From positions 1-64,000 of the IMG/VR virus record IMGVR_UViG_3300027782_000027: DNA of 64,000 bases, one strand, 5' to 3'. The notes under the pieces are model-generated. The model had not been told where the DNA came from and did not search any database. It was given only the letters and a program-made list of their open reading frames with translations. Below, piece after piece: positions 1-8,527 of the stretch; within the stretch, counting starts at the first letter, position 1, and each line of letters starts with the position of its first letter. Position numbers and translations under genes: made by a program.

Positions 1-6
1 TAAGTA

Positions 7-381
7 GTGATGATGTTTTATTGGACAAGGCAGTTTAAATCGGGACACTATCCACCTAATGTATTAGAAAAAATATGGGTAATGGCAACACCTTTTTTCG
101 CAACTGCTGATTATACACCTGTTGAAGTTGATTGGTATGGATTAGAAGATGACTCAAAGAAACCTAATGTAGGAATATACGATACAAGTGGTGATGGTGA
201 TTATTTTGTGGAACTTACACATAATACACACAATGGTAACTATTTTTTTAATAGTGTTGATAATTTATTTGATTGGTATAATACGTTTTATTTACCAGGA
301 GTTTATGAAATAATCATGAATGATTTTATATCTGAAGTCCAACAAGACACAGATGAGAGACTTAGAGATAAAAATACTTAA
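7..381 (+). CDS. hypothetical protein (start uncertain, window edge)
   Basis: 124-aa ORF followed by hairpins and a terminator. Confidence 0.55.
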   Translation: MMMFYWTRQFKSGHYPPNVLEKIWVMATPFFATADYTPVEVDWYGLEDDSKKPNVGIYDTSGDGDYFVELTHNTHNGNYFFNSVDNLFDWYNTFYLPGVYEIIMNDFISEVQQDTDERLRDKNT

Positions 382-419
382 GATACGGACTTAGGACCGT
401 TGTAGTTTAGGCTACATTA

Positions 420-451
420 ACCCCATTGAATTCGCTACTCAGTGGGGTTTT
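420..451 (+). terminator. intrinsic terminator
   Basis: ACCCCATTGA...TCAGTGGGGT stem followed by T run, between convergent genes. Confidence 0.7.
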
Positions 452-1235
452 CATTTAAGACATCTTCTACCACTGGTGAATTACATGTACGCGATGTGTG
501 TGTTGTAGTTACCTTATGATTTAGGACTTCTCCCACCTCACTGGGAACAATAGTGGGTCTACAATTGGTTTTAGTTACCTTATGATTTAATACCTTCTCC
601 ACCATATTCGGAAACGGCGGTGTATTGAATGATATTGTAGATACCTTATGATTTAATACATCTTCCACCTTTATTTCCAACTGAAAACAAGAATGACCTG
701 TTGTAGATACCTTATGATTTAATACATCTTCTACCTTATGTCCAACCCATCCATCATACCCATCAGTTGTAGATACCTTATGATTTAATACATCTTCCAC
801 CAAGAAACCTTCGTTACCGATATCGTTTTGCGTTGTGGATACCTTATGATTTAATACCTCTTCCATCTTCACACTTGCCTTCATGCCCATGTAAACAGTT
901 GTAGATACCTTATGATTTAATACCTCTTCCACCCCGCCTGTAATCATGGTCTGCGCCATGGCAGTTGTGGACACCTTATGATTTAATACCTCTTCCACCC
1001 AAGAAGCAAGTATTGGTTCAAAATCTTTGGGTTCCAATGAGAAAATAGTAAAAAAACTATTAAAGAAATAATATCTCCACCACAAACGACCACTCTTTTC
1101 AAATTCAAAATACCAATGTTCCTTTTCTCGGTCAATTAACCATATAGAATCTTTATATGGGATTATCTCCGTATTACCTAATTCTTTGTATAGTTGTTTG
1201 AATACGACCTGTTTTAATCTATCAGTTACTTTCAT
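435..1235 (-). CDS. repeat-array protein 1: N-terminal domain of about 80 aa plus (VEEVLNHKVSTT + unique 10 aa) x8
   Basis: ORF translation; paralog of 1222-1899, 1883-2521 and 9657-10385. Confidence 0.85.
   Translation of the reverse strand: MKVTDRLKQVVFKQLYKELGNTEIIPYKDSIWLIDREKEHWYFEFEKSGRLWWRYYFFNSFFTIFSLEPKDFEPILASWVEEVLNHKVSTTAMAQTMITGGVEEVLNHKVSTTVYMGMKASVKMEEVLNHKVSTTQNDIGNEGFLVEDVLNHKVSTTDGYDGWVGHKVEDVLNHKVSTTGHSCFQLEIKVEDVLNHKVSTISFNTPPFPNMVEKVLNHKVTKTNCRPTIVPSEVGEVLNHKVTTTHTSRTCNSPVVEDVLNENPTE
502..999. CRISPR. CRISPR-like array 1, in frame inside a CDS; 8 full 36-nt repeats plus a degenerate one ending at 471; 30-nt spacers
   Basis: Consensus GTTGTRGATACCTTATGATTTAATACMTCTTCCACC at 502, 568, 634, 700, 766, 832, 898, 964; exact 66-nt period; no cas genes in the window. 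Confidence 0.55.
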
Positions 1236-1899
1236 TTTCTTTTTTGTTGTTTAATACCTCATCTACCGATTCCGCTCTTCTTGAGATGTATTCTTCCGTT
1301 TTGGATACCTTACGATTCAATATATCTTCCACCAAAAAGTTTCCTTCACCTACGTCACGGACTGTTTTGGATACCTTACGATTCAATACCTGTTCCACCG
1401 CAATGGTTACAGTTCCTGCCTTTCCTGCAGTTGTGGATACCTTACTATTCAATACCTCTTCCATCATATCATTCGAAGTGAAACTGAATTGCTGAGTTGT
1501 GGATACCTTACTATTCAATACCTCTTCCACCCCTTGCTTAAAACTTCTGAAACGGCTTGCAGTTGTGGATACCTTACTATTCAATACCTCTTCCACCCCG
1601 CCATCCATGACATATTGAGTGCTGTCAGTTGTGGATACCTTACTATTCAATACCTCTTCCACCCAAGATGAAATAATTGGTTCAAAATCTTTGGACTCCA
1701 AAGAGAAAAAAGAAAAGAAAGATTTGAAATAATCATATCTCCAATATAAACATCCACTTTCAGTTAGTTGGAAATACCAGTATTTTTCTTCTCTATCAAT
1801 AAACCAATAACTGTATTGGGTAGGGATAATTTCCACATTACCTAATTCTTTGTATAGTTGTTTGAATACAACCTGTTTTAATCTATCCGTTACTTTCAT
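1222..1899 (-). CDS. repeat-array protein 2 (6 unique 10-aa cassettes)
   Basis: ORF translation; repeats VEEVLNSKVSTT. Confidence 0.85.
   Translation of the reverse strand: MKVTDRLKQVVFKQLYKELGNVEIIPTQYSYWFIDREEKYWYFQLTESGCLYWRYDYFKSFFSFFSLESKDFEPIISSWVEEVLNSKVSTTDSTQYVMDGGVEEVLNSKVSTTASRFRSFKQGVEEVLNSKVSTTQQFSFTSNDMMEEVLNSKVSTTAGKAGTVTIAVEQVLNRKVSKTVRDVGEGNFLVEDILNRKVSKTEEYISRRAESVDEVLNNKKENESN
1298..1663. CRISPR. CRISPR-like array 2, in frame; 6 full repeats plus a degenerate one ending at 1267
   Basis: GTTGTGGATACCTTACTATTCAATACCTCTTCCACC-type repeats at 1298, 1364, 1430, 1496, 1562, 1628; 30-nt unique spacers. Confidence 0.55.
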
Positions 1900-2521
1900 T
1901 TTCTTTTTTATTGTTTAATGCCTTTTTCACCCAAGCACTATTTAATACTTCTTCCACTGACCTTTCGGAAAACAAGGAATTATTTTTAGTTGTTGATACC
2001 CTACTATCTAATACTTTTTTTACCTTTCTTTTTTGGGCGGCGTCTACTTCAAAAGTTTCGGATACCTTATGATTTAAGACCTCTTCCACCCACTTTGCTG
2101 TTACAGTAGTTTTCTCTTCAGTTGTGGATACCTTATGATTTAATACCTCTTCCACCAGAGGAAATTCGTCAATTACAAACATTTTTGTTGTGGATACCTT
2201 ATGATTTAATACCTCTTCCACCTTTCGCGAGAAGTAACCGAGCTTATTGCCTGTCGTGGATACCTTATGATTTAATACCTCTTCCACCCAAGAAGATATT
2301 ATTGGTTCAAACTCACTCTGTTCCAAAGAAAAAATGCTGAAAAACGATGGGAAGAATGAGTATCTCCAAAATAAACATCCATCTTTAGACAACTGAAAAT
2401 ACCAATAACAATTTTCCCTATCAATGAACCATACAGAGTCTTTATACGGGATTATCTCCACATTACCTAACTCTTTGTATAGGTGTTTGAATATGAGTTG
2501 TTTTAGCTTATCTGTAACCAT
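1883..2521 (-). CDS. repeat-array protein 3 (5 unique cassettes); start moved to ATG at 2521
   Basis: ORF translation; TATCTTTG element just upstream of the ATG; start matches paralogs. Confidence 0.85.
   Translation of the reverse strand: MVTDKLKQLIFKHLYKELGNVEIIPYKDSVWFIDRENCYWYFQLSKDGCLFWRYSFFPSFFSIFSLEQSEFEPIISSWVEEVLNHKVSTTGNKLGYFSRKVEEVLNHKVSTTKMFVIDEFPLVEEVLNHKVSTTEEKTTVTAKWVEEVLNHKVSETFEVDAAQKRKVKKVLDSRVSTTKNNSLFSERSVEEVLNSAWVKKALNNKKENESNG
1989..2288. CRISPR. CRISPR-like array 3, in frame; 5 repeats plus a degenerate one ending at 1958
   Basis: Repeats at 1989, 2055, 2121, 2187, 2253; 66-nt period. Confidence 0.55.
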
Positions 2522-2546
2522 AAGCACAAAGATAATAAAAAATTAC

Positions 2547-3086
2547 TTAATAAACAGGTCCTGATTTGAATTTTTTACATACAGGTATATTAGCTGTGGT
2601 TTTAAACTCTCTTGGAATTGCTTCACGTATTTTACCCCATTTATTATACGTATAAACATATTTGTCAATATCATTATATAAATCACCTTTAAATTTATAA
2701 TATGAGTTTACAAATTGACAAAAATCTTTGGCGGTTGAGATAGTTTTTATTGCTGGAGTTATTAAATCTTCTGAAGATGTTGTTTGAATATCTTTTTTTA
2801 CTTGATTTGCAGCATAATTTCCATCCCAAGCGTATGTGTCGGCTTTTGAATCATATCTACACCAATTAAATGAATTTACAACAATTTCATAGTCTTCAAA
2901 TCTTTCTTCACAAAGCCTAATACTTTCAGTCCCCGAATCAGGAAGGCTTGCTCCAAGTGATAATCCCATATCATTGAGACTCCCTATTAGGTTACCTGCT
3001 GGTACTCCCCCAATAGTTTGTTCTTTTATTACACGTTTTATTAAATTAATTAATTCAGATTCGGTTAGTCTAATTTTTTTACTCAT
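2547..3086 (-). CDS. hypothetical protein with KKIRLTESEL leader
   Basis: N-terminal leader shared with about 10 other ORFs. Confidence 0.75.
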   Translation of the reverse strand: MSKKIRLTESELINLIKRVIKEQTIGGVPAGNLIGSLNDMGLSLGASLPDSGTESIRLCEERFEDYEIVVNSFNWCRYDSKADTYAWDGNYAANQVKKDIQTTSSEDLITPAIKTISTAKDFCQFVNSYYKFKGDLYNDIDKYVYTYNKWGKIREAIPREFKTTANIPVCKKFKSGPVY

Positions 3087-3112
3087 TTTGTTTTTTTTAT
3101 ATAAATATATTA

Positions 3113-3451
3113 TTAATTTTCAGACGGTAATTTTAACGACCATTGGGAGCTCATTATCTTGTTGGACATTTGACCCTCCAAATTTAGTTTATTCTTAACC
3201 CATTGCCCAACAATTCTGGTGGATTGATAACTGTTAAGAGAAAAGAAGGAAGAAATGGCTTCAATTAAACCTTTATAGATAAAACACAATTCATTATTGG
3301 AATGATTACCACCATATTGAATTTGAGCTGACTCATCTTCAGGATATGAAAAATATATACTGGCACCAGTTTTAGTTATAATGAAATCCTGACTATCAAG
3401 ATACCTGAATATTACTTTATCTAATTGTGATTCTGTGATTAAATATTTCAT
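3113..3451 (-). CDS. MKYLITE-family small protein
   Basis: MKYLITESQLDKVIFRYLD...FFSL...WV paralog family. Confidence 0.8.
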   Translation of the reverse strand: MKYLITESQLDKVIFRYLDSQDFIITKTGASIYFSYPEDESAQIQYGGNHSNNELCFIYKGLIEAISSFFSLNSYQSTRIVGQWVKNKLNLEGQMSNKIMSSQWSLKLPSEN

Positions 3452-3819
3452 GATAATGTTATACTTCTAACTGATTTAACCTCATAGTCAGGAAAGAACT
3501 CATTAAATACATCTGACATAATGAATTTGCCGTGAACTAACCAAATGGGATGAGGAAACGCTGTACCATATATATCGTCAAAGTTCCTATTATAGTATAA
3601 ATCGCCACTTGGTTTATTATAAACCATTACAGCGTTTTGGTCACTATCAAATAAGTTAAGTCTTAAATCATTTTCATCATATGAATTAACCAAATTTGCA
3701 AAATAAGGAACCAATTTAGGTTTCAGTCTTTCGTATTGTTCCGTATATTCAGAATCTCTCCAAGTTCTTTCAAGTTCAGATATTAATTTATGTTGTGACT
3801 CGGTAATAATATACTTCAT
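3448..3819 (-). CDS. MKYIITE-leader small protein
   Basis: shared leader; upstream TATTTAT motif. Confidence 0.8.
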   Translation of the reverse strand: MKYIITESQHKLISELERTWRDSEYTEQYERLKPKLVPYFANLVNSYDENDLRLNLFDSDQNAVMVYNKPSGDLYYNRNFDDIYGTAFPHPIWLVHGKFIMSDVFNEFFPDYEVKSVRSITLS

Positions 3820-3851
3820 GTAATAATAAATATAATTATATTTATTATATT

Positions 3852-4175
3852 ATGAACCTACAAGAGAATATAAAAAAAGTATTAAGGGAAGAAACAGATT
3901 TTTCACCACAGTTCAAAAGAAGACTGAATAGATTTAAATCGTTTGTATGGGATAACAATGTAACTAATTATCCATGTGATTTTGAAAACTTTGAAGCGTT
4001 CATGCGTGGTATACAACATGAAATTATGGACATGATTACAGATGGTTCTGATACCGATGGTCCATTGTCTGAGTGGTTAAAATATAAAGATGGTGTTACG
4101 TATGTAGAAAACTACATGAGGGATGACTTAGAAAAGTTTTATAATAAAGAATGTGTTGATGTCTTATACGTATAA
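3852..4175 (+). CDS. MNLQENIKKVLREE-leader small protein
   Basis: leader shared with 5643 and 9201. Confidence 0.8.
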   Translation: MNLQENIKKVLREETDFSPQFKRRLNRFKSFVWDNNVTNYPCDFENFEAFMRGIQHEIMDMITDGSDTDGPLSEWLKYKDGVTYVENYMRDDLEKFYNKECVDVLYV

Positions 4176-4520
4176 ATCAAGAAATTGTTCCACTGTTATT
4201 CCAAGACCTGAGATACCAAATAAATTCATAAATTCAGATTCATCATATCTATCACATCCGTTATTGATAATCCAAGGAATATCTGTAACATAATTCATCT
4301 GATAAAGTATATCATAACTATTATCTAATTTTATAAGATACATCGGACCATAGTTATCCATACTAAGTCTTCTTCGTAAACCATCATCAGTAATACAGTT
4401 ATCAAAAGACATCATTACATCAATCAAATCTGGGTCAATCTCCACACGACCCGTAAGGTCAATATTAAATTTGTCTTTAATTAATGTTTTTAATTTTGAT
4501 TCAGTGATTAAGTATTTCAT
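4164..4520 (-). CDS. MKYLITE-leader small protein
   Basis: shared leader. Confidence 0.8.
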   Translation of the reverse strand: MKYLITESKLKTLIKDKFNIDLTGRVEIDPDLIDVMMSFDNCITDDGLRRRLSMDNYGPMYLIKLDNSYDILYQMNYVTDIPWIINNGCDRYDESEFMNLFGISGLGITVEQFLDLYV

Positions 4521-4536
4521 TATATATAAATATTAG

Positions 4537-4947
4537 TTAACAGTTACCTGTATTATAAACCTCAATATTGTGACCTCTAATTAGACCTCCACCGAACTGA
4601 TATAAAGCCTTAGCAATAGTATCTCTATACACACTCCTATTACCTTCTTCATACATATACCTCCCCACATTTTCAGGTTCCGGCTTAGGTATGTAGACAA
4701 CCAAATCCATAGAGTTACGAGTGGGGATGATATTATAACTACAATATCTTAAGACGGTTGAAATATCATTTTCAAATATAGTTTTTGTTAGAAAGATAAT
4801 ATCTTCTCTTTTTCCTTCAAGACCAATCTCATCAATAATATCTTCAGGTTCCTTATCAGTCATTTTACACAGAGTACGCATACCAAATTTCTCTAATAAG
4901 GGTTTAAGAGTTTTGCTATATTGATTCTCAGTGATTAAGTATTTCAT
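4537..4947 (-). CDS. MKYLITE-leader small protein
   Basis: shared leader. Confidence 0.8.
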   Translation of the reverse strand: MKYLITENQYSKTLKPLLEKFGMRTLCKMTDKEPEDIIDEIGLEGKREDIIFLTKTIFENDISTVLRYCSYNIIPTRNSMDLVVYIPKPEPENVGRYMYEEGNRSVYRDTIAKALYQFGGGLIRGHNIEVYNTGNC

Positions 4948-4955
4948 ATATTATA

Positions 4956-5285
4956 TTAGTTATTTACTCTTATCCATACATTCGGTGCGGGTTTAGCCCC
5001 ACGGACTTGTACAACTATTACTTTGAGGGTATTTTCAACCCATCTACGGATAAGTTCCATGGAATCGGAGATACCCAAAGAAAAGAAAGAGGCCACTTCA
5101 TTAATTAAACTATTAACAATGTAACACCAGCCACTAATTTTATCATATCTAATCTCAGCGTATTCATCATCTTCTAAATTAACTAAAAATATAGTTGCAC
5201 CCTTTTTAATCTGAATAAAGTTCTTAATATCCAAATATCTAAAGATTACTCTGTCTAATTGTGATTCGGTGATAAGGTATTTCAT
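4956..5285 (-). CDS. MKYLITE-family small protein
   Basis: close paralog of 8520-8816. Confidence 0.8.
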   Translation of the reverse strand: MKYLITESQLDRVIFRYLDIKNFIQIKKGATIFLVNLEDDEYAEIRYDKISGWCYIVNSLINEVASFFSLGISDSMELIRRWVENTLKVIVVQVRGAKPAPNVWIRVNN

Positions 5286-5288
5286 ATA

Positions 5289-5609
5289 TTAATATTCAAA
5301 AAACATAACATCAACATCAAATACTTTACTAAACCAATCAGAAATGAATTTACCTGATTGCTCTTTATCAAGTGGATACATGGATGAAAACTTATCTAAA
5401 AAAGATTCATCAATAAATAATCTACCATCACTATGGTCAAACTCCATTAAAATAAAAAAATCAGGGCCTCTTTCCTGGCTATATATATTAATGAAATCAC
5501 TATCTGATGTTCTATCATAATCTAATATATTATTTAACTCAGATATCATTAAATTATTTATTACCGATTTGGCTTTATCTAATTGTGATTCGGTGATAAG
5601 ATATTTCAT
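5289..5609 (-). CDS. MKYLITE-leader small protein (start moved to 5609)
   Basis: shared leader begins at codon 8 of the track ORF. Confidence 0.8.
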   Translation of the reverse strand: MKYLITESQLDKAKSVINNLMISELNNILDYDRTSDSDFINIYSQERGPDFFILMEFDHSDGRLFIDESFLDKFSSMYPLDKEQSGKFISDWFSKVFDVDVMFFEY

Positions 5610-5642
5610 ATAGAATATAAATATAATCATATTTATAATAAT

Positions 5643-5972
5643 ATGGACTTAAAAGAATCTATAAAAAGAATACTGAGGGAAGAACTATCGGCGAGAATTA
5701 AAAGAAGACTTTCTAATGATGAAATGGAAAATGAGTTTCTTGAATCTTTTGAAGGTGCTTATCGTCTTACAAAAGACAGAAAGGTTTTAAGTTCACATTT
5801 TTTAGATGAGTTAGTCTACACAACAATAACCTTTATGATGGATGGGGTACATTGGAGATTTGTTAGCACATTACCTGAAGATGAATTTTGGTATGATGAT
5901 ATACACCAAGGGTTAGAAAATCATTATAGAAAAAGAATTACACGGATGTATAATGAAAGAAAAGGTTTTTAA
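5643..5972 (+). CDS. MDLKESIKRILREE-leader small protein
   Basis: shared leader; similar to 3852-4175. Confidence 0.8.
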   Translation: MDLKESIKRILREELSARIKRRLSNDEMENEFLESFEGAYRLTKDRKVLSSHFLDELVYTTITFMMDGVHWRFVSTLPEDEFWYDDIHQGLENHYRKRITRMYNERKGF

Positions 5973-5975
5973 AGA

Positions 5976-6254
5976 TTAATTAGAGTTTAAGAATTTAAGT
6001 AACGCTCCAATATATTTGGAACGTTTATCATAGAATTCAGTATCATCATCATATTGAAAAAACTCTTCACCTCTATGTCTATCAATGAACTTTTCAATTA
6101 ATTCATAAGCGTAATCATCTCTGTCGGCGGAATCTTCAAAATCTTCTTCATCCATAATGTAGTTATAATCATCCCTAAGTGCTTCCAATTCATCCATTGT
6201 AAACCTCCTAAGTAAAAATACTTCTAACTGTGATTCTGTAATTAAGTATTTCAT
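5976..6254 (-). CDS. MKYLITE-leader acidic small protein
   Basis: shared leader. Confidence 0.8.
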   Translation of the reverse strand: MKYLITESQLEVFLLRRFTMDELEALRDDYNYIMDEEDFEDSADRDDYAYELIEKFIDRHRGEEFFQYDDDTEFYDKRSKYIGALLKFLNSN

Positions 6255-6267
6255 TATTCGTTAACCA

Positions 6268-6621
6268 TTAATCTGTAACTATTAATCTGTAATCATATGG
6301 ACCATCCCAAATCGTACTATTACTAATACCCAAAGTATTATTAACCCATTCTTTGATTATATCCAAACAATCCGATTTACCAATGGGTAATAAGGTAGAT
6401 AAATCCTCAGTCAAACTACGATTTACAAACACCCAATTCCTAACTTCACCAAAGGCGTTGTTAACATAAACACTAATCTGTGATTGACTATCTGACTCAC
6501 TGTTTAAGAAATATATATAATTGTTGAATCTCTTCTTGTTGTCATATATCACAAAGTCCTGAATATCAAGATACTTAAAGATTACTTTCTCTAATTTTGA
6601 TTCGGTGATAAGGTATTTCAT
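6268..6621 (-). CDS. MKYLITE-family small protein
   Basis: paralog family motif. Confidence 0.8.
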   Translation of the reverse strand: MKYLITESKLEKVIFKYLDIQDFVIYDNKKRFNNYIYFLNSESDSQSQISVYVNNAFGEVRNWVFVNRSLTEDLSTLLPIGKSDCLDIIKEWVNNTLGISNSTIWDGPYDYRLIVTD

Positions 6622-6633
6622 TATATATAAATA

Positions 6634-7002
6634 TTAGTTAAGGGGTATTCCCAATAACGAATGAATAAGGATGTCTTTGTTAGACGGTATTTTTAACCAA
6701 GACTGGGACATCAAAGTAGCCTTGGTGGTATTTGTAACCTTCATTTGTAGGGTATTCCCAACCCACCTACCAATAGCTGATTTAGAATCAGATTCGTCCA
6801 AAGAAAATAACGATGAGATGTTCTTGATTAATTCGGGACTTATTACACAACCAAAATTACCATTTTTGATTTGAGCATATTCATCATCTTCAGAGTTAAC
6901 GAAGTATACTAAAAGACCTATTTTAATTTGAATAAAATCTTGATGGTTCAAGTAAATAAAGATTGCTCTATCTAATTGTGATTCTGTAATTAAGTATTTC
7001 AT
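6634..7002 (-). CDS. MKYLITE-family small protein (start moved to 7002)
   Basis: leader begins at codon 15 of the track ORF. Confidence 0.8.
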   Translation of the reverse strand: MKYLITESQLDRAIFIYLNHQDFIQIKIGLLVYFVNSEDDEYAQIKNGNFGCVISPELIKNISSLFSLDESDSKSAIGRWVGNTLQMKVTNTTKATLMSQSWLKIPSNKDILIHSLLGIPLN

Positions 7003-7109
7003 TATATATAAATACAAAGATACACATAAAACTGAACAATACATATTGGGTTAATAATTTAATAAGAATAAGATAATATGGTTTGAGGTCGTTTTTAATA
7101 CTTATTATT

Positions 7110-7817
7110 ATGGATTTATCAAAGTTTTTAACCATAGTAATCCCTTGTAAGAACGAGGGCAAGATAATTGAACAAACGTTGTCCTTATTAAACTTTCAAA
7201 AGGGAATACAAGATGTTAGAGTTATTGTTTGTGATTCATCGGATGATGATTATACATCCTATTCTTTGGAAAATAGGAGAACAGATTATTTTAATCTACA
7301 GATTATTTCAGGAGGACTTCCGTCTGTTGCAAGAAATAAGGGAGCAGAGAATGTGGAAACACCTTATGTTCTATTTTTGGATGCTGACATATTCTTATTG
7401 GATTTTGACATATTAAACAATTGTATATGGGAGTTCTTATTACATAATACAGATTTGATTACATGTAAGGTAAGGTCAACGACAGGTGAGTATAATAGTA
7501 TATTCAGATTGTTTGACACCATACAAAAGGTATTTAAACCAATCACGCCATTTTGTCTTGGTGGGTTTATGATGGTTAAGAAAGAAGTATATGATACAAT
7601 CGGCGGGTTTGATGAAAACGCAAGAGTTGCTGAGGATTATCTATTCTCCAAACAAGTTAAACCAAGTAAGTTTTATATCATGAATACAACAGTATTCACA
7701 AGTCCAAGAAGGTTCAAACAGAAAGGTGTGTGGTATATGTTAAAACTTATGGTTAGTTCATTCTTCAACAGGAACAATAAAAATCATTTTGAGGATGATA
7801 AAGGATACTGGGAATGA
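7110..7817 (+). CDS. glycosyltransferase family 2
   Basis: IVIPCKNE, ARNKGA, LFLDAD (DxD) and GGFDE...ED motifs. Confidence 0.9.
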   Translation: MDLSKFLTIVIPCKNEGKIIEQTLSLLNFQKGIQDVRVIVCDSSDDDYTSYSLENRRTDYFNLQIISGGLPSVARNKGAENVETPYVLFLDADIFLLDFDILNNCIWEFLLHNTDLITCKVRSTTGEYNSIFRLFDTIQKVFKPITPFCLGGFMMVKKEVYDTIGGFDENARVAEDYLFSKQVKPSKFYIMNTTVFTSPRRFKQKGVWYMLKLMVSSFFNRNNKNHFEDDKGYWE

Positions 7818-8527
7818 ATAATTGGAAAACGATAATCATGAGTGACTTACACTTAGGAGCGAGACAATCACAGACAGATAAGATAATAAGTTTCTTGGAT
7901 AATAACACAACGGAAAAACTAATACTGAACGGTGATATAATAGATGGTTGGGCTCTCAAAGGTAATGGTAAATGGACAAAGGATTGTACCAAGATATTCA
8001 GGAAGTTCATGAAGATGTCCGAGAAGAATACAAAGGTAATTTATATAAGAGGAAACCATGATGACTTCTTAAAAGATTTTATTCCATTTAAATTAAACAA
8101 CATCAGGATTGTAAGGAAGTATGTTCATACAGGGATAGATAATAGAAAGTATTTTTGTTTTCACGGAGATGTATTGGATTTTGTTATAATGGAAGCAAGA
8201 TGGCTTGCAGTAATCGGTGGATGGTCATATGATATTGTCATTAAGTTTAATACTCTATATAACAAAATAAGAAAGTGGTTTAACTTACCATATCATTCAT
8301 TAGCTAACACAATAAAACAATCTGTAAAAGGGGCGATTAACTTTGTATCTGATTTTGAGGATAACGCGAAAGGTTTAACAAAACAAAAGGGATATGATGT
8401 TGCGGTGTGTGGACATATTCATCACCCGAAGATAGAGAATGACTATATGAACTCAGGAGACTTTTGTGAGAACTCTACATGTCTTGTAGAAGATTACAAT
8501 GGGGTGTGGAAAATAATTACTATCTAA
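7814..8527 (+). CDS. UDP-2,3-diacylglucosamine hydrolase-like (LpxH family) metallophosphoesterase
   Basis: SDLHLG, GDIID, GNHD, HGD, GHIH, NSGDF calcineurin-like motifs; translationally coupled to the GT2 gene. Confidence 0.85.
   Translation: MNNWKTIIMSDLHLGARQSQTDKIISFLDNNTTEKLILNGDIIDGWALKGNGKWTKDCTKIFRKFMKMSEKNTKVIYIRGNHDDFLKDFIPFKLNNIRIVRKYVHTGIDNRKYFCFHGDVLDFVIMEARWLAVIGGWSYDIVIKFNTLYNKIRKWFNLPYHSLANTIKQSVKGAINFVSDFEDNAKGLTKQKGYDVAVCGHIHHPKIENDYMNSGDFCENSTCLVEDYNGVWKIITI

Noticed and set aside
802-1627. Spacer pairs that look related (QNDIGNEGFL vs VRDVGEGNFL; AMAQTMITGG vs DSTQYVMDGG)
   Set aside because: Only 13/30 and 15/30 nucleotide identity among 325 possible pairs, so shared ancestry is not established. 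If real, it would favour divergence over acquisition.
502-2288. Diversity-generating retroelement as the source of variation
   Set aside because: No reverse transcriptase or template repeat is seen, and spacers differ at all four bases rather than only at adenines.
832-2288. TGTGGATAC in the repeats as DnaA-box iterons
   Set aside because: One mismatch to consensus, often degraded to TGTAGATAC, and it does not explain unique 30-nt spacers.
1244-2340. Plus-strand ORFs 1244-1495, 1281-1481, 1489-1671 and 2122-2340
   Set aside because: Shadows of the repeats opposite real genes, with no supporting starts.
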